A stretch of DNA of 44,968 nucleotides, from contig JBDHZU010000003.1 in the NCBI GenBank assembly GCA_039812085.1, positions 1-44,968 of the forward strand. Direction: 5' to 3'. Position numbers and translations under genes: made by a program. Below are positions 16,273 through 25,912 of the stretch, piece by piece (positions within the stretch are counted from its first letter, which is position 1; each line of letters opens with the position of its first letter). Source of the stretch: Candidatus Nanopelagicales bacterium. Lineage in GTDB: Bacteria; Actinomycetota; Actinomycetes; S36-B12; UBA10799. The notes under the pieces are model-generated. The model was not told where the DNA came from and did no database searches. It saw only the letters and a list, made by a program, of their open reading frames with translations.

Positions 16273-18525
16273 TTAACCGTTAACGGTTCGTCCACCCACA
16301 AGTTCGATCAAGGCATCGACCAGTCGGTCCACATCAGATCGGGTGTTGTAGAGCGCGAATGCCGCTCGTACTGTTCCTTCTACCCCGAAGCGCCGCAGAA
16401 TCGGTTGCGCACAGTGGTGACCGGCACGCACTGCGATTCCACGTTGATCTAGGAAGCTGCCCACATCTTCTGGCTCGTGACCTTCGATGTTGAAAGACAT
16501 CACCGCTGCCTTGTTCTGTGCATTTCCGAAGATGGTCAGACCGGGGACTTCCTTGAGCCGACGAGTGGAGTACTGCAGCAAGTCGTGCTCATGCTCAGCA
16601 ATGGAAGACATTCCGATGGCCTGCAGATAGTCGATCGCGGCACCCAGCCCCACCGCATCCGCGATGCTTCCAGTGCCAGCTTCGAATCGCCACGGTGGCT
16701 TTTGATACGTGGTGCGATCGAAGTAGACCTTGTCGATCATGTTGCCGCCACCCTGCCAGGGAGGCATGTCATCCAGGAACTCGCTCTTGCCCCACACCAC
16801 ACCGATGCCAGTAGGAGCAAACATCTTGTGCCCGGAGAACACGTAGAAATCGCAACCCAATTCCTGCACATCGACTGGCATGTGCAAAATGCCTTGCGCA
16901 CCATCGAGGATGACCGGAACCTCGTGGCGGTGAGCGATCTCGATCATCTCTTTAGCCGGCGTGATGGTTCCCAGAGCGTTGGATACCTGGGTAAATGAGA
17001 CCAGTTTGGTGCGATCAGTGATGAGTCGTTCAAATTCCGACAGGATCACTTGACCGGTGTCATCGACGGGGGCCACCTTTAAGGTCGCACCCTTACGACG
17101 ACACAACATCTGCCACGGAACGATGTTCGCGTGATGTTCCAGCCAACTAATGACGACCTCGTCACCTTCGCCCACGCGTTGCTCGCCAATGGTGTTGGCC
17201 AGCAGGTTCATCCCCTCGGTGGTGCCACGTACCCACACAACCTCGTCCGCTGACGGGGCGTTGATGAAGGCCCGGACTTTGTCGCGGGCACCTTCGTAGG
17301 CATCGGTTGCCCGGCCAGCAAGCGTGTGTGCAGTGCGGTGCACATTGGAGTTCTCGTGTTCGTAGAAATACGAGATTCGATCGATGACCTGCTGCGGTTT
17401 CTGTGAGGTTGCGCCATTGTCCAACCAGACGAGTTCTTGACCATTGATGCGCTCGGACAGGATCGGGAAGTCCTTGCGCGCTTGTTCGGGATTGAAGCCA
17501 GTGCTTGTTTGCGGCAATTCCAGATCGCTGGCGTGCTCCGGCTCAGTATTGGCCGCCAACAGATTAGGGGCAAAGACATATCCGTCAGAGTCAGCGTGCT
17601 CATCGGTCACCGATGACTCAACGACTGACCCATGCAATGCAACTCGATCTGGGGCGGCAGTGGACTCGTGAATCGTTGCGTCCTTGCCAAAGGTCGCTTC
17701 TGTCGAAGCAGCCTCAACCGGTTCGTGCACGTTGGGTTCTTCTACCGTGTCCGCTGCATGATCGGTGTAGCGCAGCAGATCGGAGATAGCGGGATCAACA
17801 ACGTGTTCCCCCGTGAACTCCGACGCGATGGCTGCGAACTCATCAGAGGCAACAGCTTGCGCCGCTTCGTCTCCTAGACCCTCATCGTCAACACCGGCAT
17901 AGTCCCGAACTGCTTCGTACTTGCTCTGCAGAAACGGATGGTCACCGGCAACTGCATCGACTGCCTGCTGCTCATTGGTGGGAGTTTCTGCAGCCTTGCC
18001 CAACAGTGTGGTGACGTCCAACCCATCAGTTAGTTCGTCGGGTAGGGAGAACCCATCAGGAAGGACCGAACTGACACTCAGTTCTGTCGATTCAGTCGAT
18101 TGCTCAGCCAGCTCGTCTCCGGTGGTCGGAACCGAATAGCTACCGCCGGTCAAAGCGGACAGCCCAGAAAGACTCCCCAGGTCGTCCAGACTCGTGCCAA
18201 CGTCGAACGGATCAGACACGTTCTCGCTGTCGACTACTCCCAAGCCAAGGGCACCGGTACTGGTGGTGCCTAGTGATGGCGCGCCAGGAACCGCCGTGGT
18301 TCCCAGATCAGCAACCGTCGACAACGAGTTTTCCTCCACCAGTTCCGATGTTGGATCAACCGGAGCTGACTGCTCCCCGGCATCGACTGCCGGTTGCAGA
18401 GCATGGAAGAACTCGTTGGCGATGGTGGCCAAAGACTCAGGAGTGAATGGCCCAGTCTCAGCGGGTTGCGTCGTCACCGATCCGCTGACTGCCTCAACTG
18501 GGTCAGTGGAATCACTTGTACTCAT
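16273..18525 (-). CDS. Family 2A encapsulin cargo cysteine desulfurase (SufS-type) with a long acidic N-terminal targeting region
   Basis: C-terminal SufS domain with WLDNGATSQKP, NVHR, EHHANIVPWQ, FSGHKMFAPTG and RAGHHCAQP. Preceded by about 340 aa of acidic low-complexity sequence. The ATG at 18525 overlaps the end of the encapsulin gene by 14 bp. Confidence 0.92.
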   Translation of the reverse strand: MSTSDSTDPVEAVSGSVTTQPAETGPFTPESLATIANEFFHALQPAVDAGEQSAPVDPTSELVEENSLSTVADLGTTAVPGAPSLGTTSTGALGLGVVDSENVSDPFDVGTSLDDLGSLSGLSALTGGSYSVPTTGDELAEQSTESTELSVSSVLPDGFSLPDELTDGLDVTTLLGKAAETPTNEQQAVDAVAGDHPFLQSKYEAVRDYAGVDDEGLGDEAAQAVASDEFAAIASEFTGEHVVDPAISDLLRYTDHAADTVEEPNVHEPVEAASTEATFGKDATIHESTAAPDRVALHGSVVESSVTDEHADSDGYVFAPNLLAANTEPEHASDLELPQTSTGFNPEQARKDFPILSERINGQELVWLDNGATSQKPQQVIDRISYFYEHENSNVHRTAHTLAGRATDAYEGARDKVRAFINAPSADEVVWVRGTTEGMNLLANTIGEQRVGEGDEVVISWLEHHANIVPWQMLCRRKGATLKVAPVDDTGQVILSEFERLITDRTKLVSFTQVSNALGTITPAKEMIEIAHRHEVPVILDGAQGILHMPVDVQELGCDFYVFSGHKMFAPTGIGVVWGKSEFLDDMPPWQGGGNMIDKVYFDRTTYQKPPWRFEAGTGSIADAVGLGAAIDYLQAIGMSSIAEHEHDLLQYSTRRLKEVPGLTIFGNAQNKAAVMSFNIEGHEPEDVGSFLDQRGIAVRAGHHCAQPILRRFGVEGTVRAAFALYNTRSDVDRLVDALIELVGGRTVNG

Positions 18526-19441
18526 GGTAGTGATCAACCTCGACGCCCTCGAGCACAGCGAGCGCATCGTCGGTATGAACAGCTGCACTGCAGTACAGCG
18601 AAATCAAGTAGGAGGCTTGAGCCTTCTGATTGATCCCCATGAAGCGAACAGACAGACTCGGATTGACTTCTCCGGCCACACCAGGCTGGAACAATCCGAC
18701 GACACCCTGCTTTTCTGCACCGGCACGGACCAACAGGATGTTGGTCTTGTTGCTCTTCACTTCGATCTTGTCCGACGGAACGATCGGAATCCCGCGCCAG
18801 GTGATGAACTGCGCACCGAGCAGATTGACCGATACCGGTGGGACACCGCGCTTGGTGCACTCGCGACCGAATGCAGCAATCGCCGCGGGGTGAGCCAGGA
18901 AGAACGTCGGTGCCTTCCAGACCTTGGTGATCAGTTCGTCCAGATCGTCAGGAGTAGGTGCCCCACCCCGAGTCTTGATGCGCTGATCTTTGACTGCCTG
19001 GTTCAGCAGGCCGTACTCCTCGTTGTTGATGAGCTGGTGCTCTTGACGTTCCTTGATGCGCTCGACCGATAGGCGCAGTTGCTCGCGCACTTGATCGTGC
19101 GGAGAGCGGAACAAGTCGGAGACGCGGGTCTGAACCTCGACGGTGGTGGTCACCGTGTTCAACACATATTCACGGGGCTCTTCTTCATAGGTGACCGACG
19201 ACAACGGCAGATCGGAGTCAGCCTCTGGATCGCACTGGATGTCCTTGGCATCACTGCCGCCTGGATCGACAACTCGGTTGACGCGGTACACACCAGCTTC
19301 AACTGGGTGCCACTCCAACAGGTTCACCAAGTAGCGAGGGGTGATTCCTTGCCACTGCGGGACGCTCTTGGTTGTTGTCGCGAGCTTGCGGGCTGCTGCT
19401 TCTGTCAGTTGACCAGTGGCGACCTGGTTCTTCGCTGCCAT
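18512..19441 (-). CDS. Family 2A encapsulin nanocompartment shell protein (SrpI-like)
   Basis: Segments AARKLATTTKSVPQ..ITPR.L..LLEW.PVEAGVYRVNRV, YEEEPREY, EQLRL..E.IKERQE..LINN.EYGLL, PTPDDLDELI, WRGIPIVPSDK and SYLISLYCS. 309 aa with no cNMP-binding insertion. RBS GGAAGGAAG. Confidence 0.93.
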   Translation of the reverse strand: MAAKNQVATGQLTEAAARKLATTTKSVPQWQGITPRYLVNLLEWHPVEAGVYRVNRVVDPGGSDAKDIQCDPEADSDLPLSSVTYEEEPREYVLNTVTTTVEVQTRVSDLFRSPHDQVREQLRLSVERIKERQEHQLINNEEYGLLNQAVKDQRIKTRGGAPTPDDLDELITKVWKAPTFFLAHPAAIAAFGRECTKRGVPPVSVNLLGAQFITWRGIPIVPSDKIEVKSNKTNILLVRAGAEKQGVVGLFQPGVAGEVNPSLSVRFMGINQKAQASYLISLYCSAAVHTDDALAVLEGVEVDHYHEYK

Positions 19442-19586
19442 CTGATGCTTCCTTCCGAGTGGCTATCTATGGTAATCCGGTGGGTTTTATAGCTTTACTG
19501 TATTCAGTTAACCAGCCGTGGTCACGACGTTGCCAGTCCAAAACGGCAAATTGTCCACCAATCGCCATCAAGGAGTCCGATGCCCG

Positions 19587-21053
19587 ATGACTGATGAGCC
19601 ATCAACATCAACGGGCACCGATCCGAAGGCTACTCCCGCCAGCGACGAGATGTTCGAGCTAGAACAAGCGGGCTACGCCAAAACGTTGGAGCACCGTCAT
19701 CTGCAAATGATGGCGCTGGGCGGCGCTATTGGAACCGGATTGTTCCTGGGAGCTGGTGCCCGACTACATACCGCTGGGCCGATCTTGGCTCTGCTGTACG
19801 CGCTCTGCGGAGTGGTGGTCTTCTTCGTTGTCCGGGCATTGGCCGAACTCGTGCTGTATCGCCCAAGCTCTGGATCCTTCGTCTCGTACTCCCGACAATT
19901 CCTCGGTGAGCGGGCAGCATTCGTCGCAGGCTGGATGTACTTCGTGCTCTGGGCATTCGCCGGAATCGCGGACATCACCGCTGTTGCGCTCTATGCCAAG
20001 TACTGGTCGGTGTTCGGATCAATCCCGCAGTGGGTGATCGCCCTCGGCGCACTTGTTTGCGTGCTCATCGTGAATTTGGTGTCGGCCCGGGCCTTCGGTG
20101 AGATCGAGTTCTGGGCAGCGGGAATCAAGGTGGTCGCGCTAGGAGTTTTCCTCGCCATCGGGATCTACTTCATCGTGACCCGCAAACCTGTGGATGGCGA
20201 GATTCCCGGCATACATCTGATCGCAGAAAATGGCGGCTGGGTTCCGCATGGTCTGCTGCCTGCACTGCTGGTGATTCCCGGGGTCGTGTTCGCATACTCA
20301 TCATTGGAATTGGTCTCGGTAGCAGCCGGCGAGACTCGCGATCCCGCCAAGGTCGTCCCGAAAGCGACAAACGCCGTGGTGTGGCGACTCGGAATCTTCT
20401 ATGTCGGTTCCGTTTTGTTGTTGGCGCTGCTCCTGCCGTGGTCGGCCTATTCGGCCGACGAAAGCCCCTTCGTCACGTTCTTCTCAGCGATTGGAGTTCC
20501 AGCGGCGGGCAGCATCATGAACTTCGTCGTCATCACCGCTGCACTGTCCAGCGTGAACTCTGGCCTATTCGCCACTGGACGGATTCTGCGGACGATGGCC
20601 ACGACCGGATCGGCGCCGCGTCGATGGTCGGCGATGTCTGGACATCACGTCCCCGCACGAGCAATCGGAGTCGTCTGCGCAGCGTACGTGCTGGGCATCG
20701 TGCTCAACCTGGTGGTGCCACAGCAAGCGTTCGAGGTAGTCCTCAACTTCGCGGCACTAGGGATTCTGAGTACCTGGGCGTTCACGTTGTTGTCTCATCT
20801 GGCGTTCCTTCGAGCGGCAAAGAAGGGCCTGGTGACTCGTCCAGCCTTCCGAATGCCAGGAGCGCCATACGTCAACTGGATTCTCTTGGCGTTCTTAGTC
20901 GGCGTCTTGGTCCTCATGTGGTTCGACTGGCCAGTTGGTCGAATCACGGTCATCGCGATCATTCCGATCGCTGTGTTGCTGTGGATCGGTATTCAACTCA
21001 CCGAACGCAAGGCTCGATCGAACGATGACTACATCGGTGGGAAGCCGTCGTAG
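19587..21053 (+). CDS. APC family amino acid permease (AnsP/L-asparagine permease-like)
   Basis: Motifs RHLQMMALGGAIGTGLFLG, FGEIEFW and ESPFVTFFS. About 12 TM helices. AAGGAG lies upstream. The 3' end overlaps the 3' end of dnaB. Confidence 0.88.
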   Translation: MTDEPSTSTGTDPKATPASDEMFELEQAGYAKTLEHRHLQMMALGGAIGTGLFLGAGARLHTAGPILALLYALCGVVVFFVVRALAELVLYRPSSGSFVSYSRQFLGERAAFVAGWMYFVLWAFAGIADITAVALYAKYWSVFGSIPQWVIALGALVCVLIVNLVSARAFGEIEFWAAGIKVVALGVFLAIGIYFIVTRKPVDGEIPGIHLIAENGGWVPHGLLPALLVIPGVVFAYSSLELVSVAAGETRDPAKVVPKATNAVVWRLGIFYVGSVLLLALLLPWSAYSADESPFVTFFSAIGVPAAGSIMNFVVITAALSSVNSGLFATGRILRTMATTGSAPRRWSAMSGHHVPARAIGVVCAAYVLGIVLNLVVPQQAFEVVLNFAALGILSTWAFTLLSHLAFLRAAKKGLVTRPAFRMPGAPYVNWILLAFLVGVLVLMWFDWPVGRITVIAIIPIAVLLWIGIQLTERKARSNDDYIGGKPS

Positions 21054-22411
21054 GAATCCACGAATCGTGAGTAGTGGCCCTGGAACACCGTGGTGATGGT
21101 TCGCGTCGGACCGTTACGGTGCTTGGCCACGTTGAAGTCAGCTTCGCCGGGACGGTCTTCCTTGTTGTAGACATCTGGACGGTGCAACAGGATGACCATG
21201 TCGGCGTCCTGCTCAATAGCGCCAGATTCACGCAAGTCCGACATCATCGGAACCTTCTCAGTGCGCTGCTCAGGTCCACGGTTCAACTGGCTGATCGCGA
21301 TAACCGGAACGCCGAGTTCCTTGGCCATCAATTTCAGCGAGCGAGAGAACTCGGACACTTCCATTTGACGGGACTCGACCTTCTTGCCGCTGGTCATCAA
21401 CTGCAGGTAGTCGATCACGACAAGGCGTAGGTCGTGTTGCTGGGCAAGGCGACGGCACTTTGCCCGGATTTCCATCAACGTCAGGTTGGGCGAATCATCG
21501 ATGAACAGCGGAGCGCCGTCCATCTCTGCCTGCACATTGGCCAACTTCATCCAGTCGTCGTCACTCATCCGACCATTTCGGAGATTGCCGAGCTTGACCT
21601 TGGCCTCGGCGGAGAGCAGACGCATCATGATCTCGGTGTGATCCATTTCCAACGAGAAGATCGCCGAAGTCAATCGGTTCTTGATCGCCGCATTGCGTGC
21701 AATGTCCAGGCCGAGGGTGGACTTACCCATCGCCGGACGGGCCGCGATAACCACCATCTGGCCAGGCTGCAGACCGTTCGTTAGCTCGTCGAGATCGCGG
21801 AATCCGGTGGGGACTCCGACCATCTGGCCGCTTCCGTCCGAGATGGCTTCGAGATGCTGGATCACTCCTGGCATCAAGGTGTCGATCGGCTGGTAGTCCT
21901 CGGCCTTGTTCTCATTGGTGATGTTGAAGACCTCGGTCTGGGCCATCTCCACCAGTGCATTGACCTCGCCCTCAGCGGAATAGGCCATCTGCGAGATTCG
22001 AGTGCCGGCTTCGATCAGGTGCCGCAGGACTGCTTGCTCATTAACGATCTTGGCGTAGTAGGCAGCGCTGGAAGCGTTGGGAACGCTTGAAGTCAGCGTG
22101 TGCAGGTAAGGGGCTCCGCCGATACGCGCCAGGGCACCGGTCTTGGCCAACTCGTCAGCAATGGTGATCGCATCGACGGGCTCACCGCGTTCGTAGACCT
22201 TGGAGATTGCTTCATGGATGGTCTGGTGCTTGGGCTGGTACCAGTCATTGGACCGAAGGATTCCCTGCACGTCACCGATAGCGTCAACGGATAACAACAT
22301 CGCGCCGAGGGTGCACTGTTCGGCAAACAAATCCTGGGGTGGAACCCGACCGGGAACTGCTGACCCAGCACTCGATGATCCAGAGCCCAGGTCCACCTCA
22401 GTCGCGGTCAT
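21029..22411 (-). CDS. dnaB: Replicative DNA helicase (no intein)
   Basis: Motifs PPQDLFAEQ, ARPAMGKST (Walker A), FSLEM, IDYLQLM, SQLNR and DLRESGAIEQDAD. Confidence 0.97.
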   Translation of the reverse strand: MTATEVDLGSGSSSAGSAVPGRVPPQDLFAEQCTLGAMLLSVDAIGDVQGILRSNDWYQPKHQTIHEAISKVYERGEPVDAITIADELAKTGALARIGGAPYLHTLTSSVPNASSAAYYAKIVNEQAVLRHLIEAGTRISQMAYSAEGEVNALVEMAQTEVFNITNENKAEDYQPIDTLMPGVIQHLEAISDGSGQMVGVPTGFRDLDELTNGLQPGQMVVIAARPAMGKSTLGLDIARNAAIKNRLTSAIFSLEMDHTEIMMRLLSAEAKVKLGNLRNGRMSDDDWMKLANVQAEMDGAPLFIDDSPNLTLMEIRAKCRRLAQQHDLRLVVIDYLQLMTSGKKVESRQMEVSEFSRSLKLMAKELGVPVIAISQLNRGPEQRTEKVPMMSDLRESGAIEQDADMVILLHRPDVYNKEDRPGEADFNVAKHRNGPTRTITTVFQGHYSRFVDSYDGFPPM

Positions 22412-22474
22412 GGGATGTGTCTATCGGTCACCTCTGACAGCCCGCAGCAACTGCACAGAATTGCCGCAGCGCCC

Positions 22475-22681
22475 TGTGGATGCACTGGTGGACAGGGTGT
22501 GGAACAGGCCGGGCGACACGCCCGAACGATCTGTGGACGTCATGGGGATCGACCCAAAAACGATCTCCCACACCCCACTTTCACCTGCGCAAATACAATT
22601 CACACCTTGTGGGTAGAAAGAAATACGCCGGTGGAAATTGGGGTGAGCACACGGTTAACGCCTATTGACCGTATGTTCACA
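22475..22681. promoter_or_regulatory. Cluster of degenerate DnaA-box-like sequences upstream of dnaB
   Basis: tgtggatgc (22475), ggtggacag (22487), tgtggaaca (22498), tgtggacgt (22532), tgtgggtag (22608) and atgttcaca (22673), compared with TT(G/A)TCCACA / TGTGGA(C/T)AA. Confidence 0.5.
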
Positions 22682-22728
22682 AACCCAGCCGATGCGGCCA
22701 GTCCCTCCCCACCAGCTACCGTGCAGAG

Positions 22729-23232
22729 ATGCCCGATAAGACATTCGTCGTGACCGTTGTGTGTTTGGGAAACATCTGCCGCTCACCGATGGGGGCAGCA
22801 GTACTTCGTCGTCGTTTTGATGACGAGGGGTTGTCCCAGGCGGTCACAGTCACCTCTGCAGGTACATCTGCTTGGCACGTGGGGGATTCGGCAGATCGGC
22901 GAGCAGCAGCCACCCTAGTTGCGGCTGGCTACGACGACTCTCACAGTGCCCAGCATTTCGATGAAGAGATGCTGCGTGACTCGGACTTGGTCGTCGTTAT
23001 GGATGAATCAAACTTGGCAGATGCGCAGGACTTGTCAACGTCTACCGGCATCGAACGAGACATCCGACTGTTCCGCTCTTTTGATCCAGCCCTTGATGCG
23101 CGCGACGACCAGCAGGTTCCAGATCCGTACTACGGCTCAGCGGCGGGATTCGAACGGGTCTTGTCGATGATCGAAGATGCTTCAGACGGTGTCGTCGAGC
23201 ATGTTCGTACTGCGCTCAACGAATCGGGCTAG
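22729..23232 (+). CDS. Low molecular weight protein-tyrosine phosphatase
   Basis: P-loop VCLGNICRSP, SAGT and the DPYY acid loop. Confidence 0.93.
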   Translation: MPDKTFVVTVVCLGNICRSPMGAAVLRRRFDDEGLSQAVTVTSAGTSAWHVGDSADRRAAATLVAAGYDDSHSAQHFDEEMLRDSDLVVVMDESNLADAQDLSTSTGIERDIRLFRSFDPALDARDDQQVPDPYYGSAAGFERVLSMIEDASDGVVEHVRTALNESG

Positions 23233-23238
23233 TCACCC

Positions 23239-24066
23239 TTAACGATTGACGTCGCGTACTGAGGTGGCTGCCCATCGAGCAGCGGTTGCGCTGCGCTCGA
23301 CCAAGGCATTGCTTACCGGCCGGGGAAGTTCGACGGTCAGGGCTACTCCCTGTTGAGTGGAGTTGAACCAACCGGTCAACGTCCCGGTGCATACGCCCGT
23401 ACAGGGGAAATCCTTGATGGGCAGCTTGGAGCGCTTCGCAATCCCCCGAACCAATGCCATGGACTTGGCTTGATAACTATCGATGGCATTGCCCGCTTGG
23501 TGATAGACCAAGACAACATCGGGTTTGACCGATGCCAGGAAAGAGACGTAGGCACGAGTCTCCGGTTCGGACATCGCTCGCGGACCCGGGTTGTTGTACC
23601 AGGGCAAACCCATGCCCTTCCAACGATGCGGACTATTGCGATTGAGGTCAACCTTGTGCGCATTACGTCGGGTATTGGCCACGTCCCCGTCTGGGTTCAG
23701 TGACGTGATCAGCCACATAGCCGTGCTCTTAGGTGCGCCAACCTGTGTCAGCCGCTTGATGATCCGCTGACCAGCGCGCTCGTCACCGTGCATGGACCCC
23801 ACGAAGACTGCGACTCGACTTGCCTTGGGATTGCCGTACAGCTTGGCCACGATCTTGCGGCCCTGAACAGACTTACCGATAACGACTTTCCGCTTGACCG
23901 GAGCGGCTGCCCGGACAGCCGCATCGATAGCGGCAACCTGCAGATGCGTTGCCTGCTTGGGTGGAGTTGCCGTCGCGGTCGTGGACAAGGCAACAGATGC
24001 TCCGAGGGCACAAACAAAGCCGCCGACCACTAGTCCGCGGGTGGGCAAGTGATTCGACGGCCTCAT
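23239..24066 (-). CDS. Secreted M14-family zinc carboxypeptidase (MpaA/DUF2817-like)
   Basis: Motifs IGKSVQGR, MHGDE (HxxE), NPDG, VDLNRN, SEPET, YHQ and TVEL, with an N-terminal hydrophobic signal. Start placed at the ATG 7 nt after TAGCTT. Confidence 0.8.
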   Translation of the reverse strand: MRPSNHLPTRGLVVGGFVCALGASVALSTTATATPPKQATHLQVAAIDAAVRAAAPVKRKVVIGKSVQGRKIVAKLYGNPKASRVAVFVGSMHGDERAGQRIIKRLTQVGAPKSTAMWLITSLNPDGDVANTRRNAHKVDLNRNSPHRWKGMGLPWYNNPGPRAMSEPETRAYVSFLASVKPDVVLVYHQAGNAIDSYQAKSMALVRGIAKRSKLPIKDFPCTGVCTGTLTGWFNSTQQGVALTVELPRPVSNALVERSATAARWAATSVRDVNR

Positions 24067-24079
24067 TTGTTCGAAGCTA

Positions 24080-24526
24080 TCAGGCAGCAACGACCTCAAT
24101 GGTCACGTCTGCAGATACTTCGGGGTGAAGCTTTACCGCCACTTTGTGGGAACCGACAGTCTTGATCGGCTTGCCCAATTCGATGGAGCGTCGTTCGACC
24201 AGTGGGCCGCCAGCGGCCTTGATCGCATCCGCGACATCGTTGGCCGTGACCGAACCGAACAACTTGCCGGTGTCACCAGCCTTGACTGGCAGATTCACTG
24301 ACAGGTTCTGCAGTTGGTTGCGGACCTCGTTGGCGTGCTCAGCATCGCGGATGGCACGGGCATCACGAGCGCGCTTGATTTGGTCGATCTGCTTCTCGGC
24401 ACCGCGGGTCCACACGATGGCAACGTTGCGGGGAATCAAGAAGTTGCGGGCATATCCGTCCTTGACATCCACGACGTCACCAGCGGCACCCAGGTTGTCG
24501 ACGGGTTGAGTCAAAATCAGCTTCAT
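24080..24526 (-). CDS. rplI: 50S ribosomal protein L9
   Basis: [26 protein letters not shown] and KLFGSVT. Confidence 0.98.
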   Translation of the reverse strand: MKLILTQPVDNLGAAGDVVDVKDGYARNFLIPRNVAIVWTRGAEKQIDQIKRARDARAIRDAEHANEVRNQLQNLSVNLPVKAGDTGKLFGSVTANDVADAIKAAGGPLVERRSIELGKPIKTVGSHKVAVKLHPEVSADVTIEVVAA

Positions 24527-24538
24527 CTGTCGGTCCCC

Positions 24539-24787
24539 CTAGCGAGCCGTTGAGGTGTAGGGCAGCAGCGCCATCTCGCGGGCGTTCTTCACCGCAGTCG
24601 CGATGTCGCGCTGATGCTGAGTGCAGCAACCGGTTACTCGACGCGCACGGATCTTGCCGCGATCGGAGATGTACTTGCGCAGCAAGTTGGTGTCTTTGTA
24701 ATCGATATAGCTGGACTTGCCCTTCTTTTCTGCACTGCAGAACGGGCAGGCCTTTTTCTTGATCTTGCGGGGTGGTGGCTTAACCAT
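24539..24787 (-). CDS. rpsR: 30S ribosomal protein S18 (zinc-binding C+ form)
   Basis: [30 protein letters not shown] and AREMALLPY. Confidence 0.97.
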   Translation of the reverse strand: MVKPPPRKIKKKACPFCSAEKKGKSSYIDYKDTNLLRKYISDRGKIRARRVTGCCTQHQRDIATAVKNAREMALLPYTSTAR

Positions 24788-24830
24788 TTGTTGTCTCTTT
24801 CTCTACTGACTGGTGTGACGTCTGGGTTTC

Positions 24831-25304
24831 TTAGAACGGAGGCTCGTCGCTGACGGGAGCCGAGGAGGCAGGTGATGACCACGGGTCTTCAACAGCGCGC
24901 GGCCCGCTGAAGCCGCCGCCATTTCCACCGCCGCCGCCGCCGGAGGTCTTGGTGACCTTGGCAGTGGCGTAACGCAGTGCAGGACCGATGTCGTCAACCG
25001 TCAGCTCCAGGGACTGGCGCTGTTCGCCGGTCTTGGTCTCGAAGCTGCGTTGACGCAGACGACCCGTCACGATGACGCGGGCGCCCTTTGCCAGGCTCTC
25101 GGCCACGTTCTCGCCGTACTGATCCCAGACGCTGCAGCGGATGAACAGCGTCTCGCCGTCTTTCCACTCGTTGGTGTTGTTGTCACGGGTACGGGGAGTG
25201 GACGCCACTGTGAAGCTGGCAACCGACTTACCACCCGGGGTGAAACGCAATTCTGGATCGGCAGTGAGGTTTCCGACCACGGTGATATTGGGTTCTCCGG
25301 CCAT
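24831..25304 (-). CDS. ssb: Single-stranded DNA-binding protein
   Basis: [17 protein letters not shown], a Gly-rich linker and the C-terminal DEPPF. AAGGAAG RBS before the ATG at 25304. Confidence 0.97.
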   Translation of the reverse strand: MAGEPNITVVGNLTADPELRFTPGGKSVASFTVASTPRTRDNNTNEWKDGETLFIRCSVWDQYGENVAESLAKGARVIVTGRLRQRSFETKTGEQRQSLELTVDDIGPALRYATAKVTKTSGGGGGGNGGGFSGPRAVEDPWSSPASSAPVSDEPPF

Positions 25305-25423
25305 GGGTCTGACTTCCTTTCGATGTACGTCGACTGACTGCAGACAATTGCTCACCACCACTGTGCGCTAGATCTCTGACGCCGTGGGTTGTTCTCCACA
25401 AACACCGGTGGATGAGCAGTTCG

Positions 25424-25738
25424 TCAGGCAGCCGACTCTTCGGTGGGAGCGGTCTCGGGTAGCCGGATGACCTTGGTGCGCAACACGGCTTCATTCAGCG
25501 AAAGCTGGCGATCGAGTTCCTTCACCGTCTCGACAGTGGAGGTCAAGTTGGTGACGACGTAGATGCCTTCGGAATGCTGGCCGATTTCGTAGGCCAAGCG
25601 GCGACGGCCCCAGATGTCGGGCTTGTCGACAGTTCCGCCATCGCTACGGACAACGTTGAAGAACGTTTCCAGGCTGGGTTCGACGGTTCGTTCCTCGAGA
25701 TTGGGATCGAGGATGATCATGAGTTCATAACGACGCAT
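25424..25738 (-). CDS. rpsF: 30S ribosomal protein S6
   Basis: [22 protein letters not shown] and ELDRQL.LNE.VLRTKV. Confidence 0.98.
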   Translation of the reverse strand: MRRYELMIILDPNLEERTVEPSLETFFNVVRSDGGTVDKPDIWGRRRLAYEIGQHSEGIYVVTNLTSTVETVKELDRQLSLNEAVLRTKVIRLPETAPTEESAA

Positions 25739-25747
25739 GTGGAAAGA

Positions 25748-25798
25748 CCCACCTCCTCTGGACTGGTGCGGTTACGGACGTTCCGTAACAGGAGGTCT
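25748..25798 (-). promoter_or_regulatory. S6:S18-binding ribosomal protein leader (rpsF autoregulatory RNA)
   Basis: On the minus strand, ACCUCCU can pair with the SD AGGAGGU and encloses a GUUACGGA/UCCGUAAC hairpin plus a C-rich bulge. It lies directly upstream of rpsF. Confidence 0.8.
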
Positions 25799-25912
25799 TG
25801 CTATGCGTATTACTTGTTTGTTGTGCTCACGACCAAGACAGGTGCGAATGAGCAACCTCACCAGGGTACGGCAGTAACACCGTGGGTCAATAGGCCGGGC
25901 GCTGCGTGCACG

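Noticed and set aside
18526-18588. N-terminal extension of the desulfurase in the ORF track, and likewise the extended starts for ssb, nfo, padR, ino1, GT87 and cca
   Set aside because: Downstream starts fit RBS, -10 or gene-overlap signals and family N-termini better.
18512-19441. Prophage major capsid gene
   Set aside because: The HK97-related shell is explained as a family 2A encapsulin with desulfurase cargo. No terminase, portal or integrase is nearby.
21029-22411. Intein in DnaB
   Set aside because: The 460-aa length is normal, and the Walker A and RESG regions are uninterrupted.
22412-22728. oriC
   Set aside because: The boxes are degenerate, there is no adjacent dnaA/dnaN and no clear AT-rich unwinding element.
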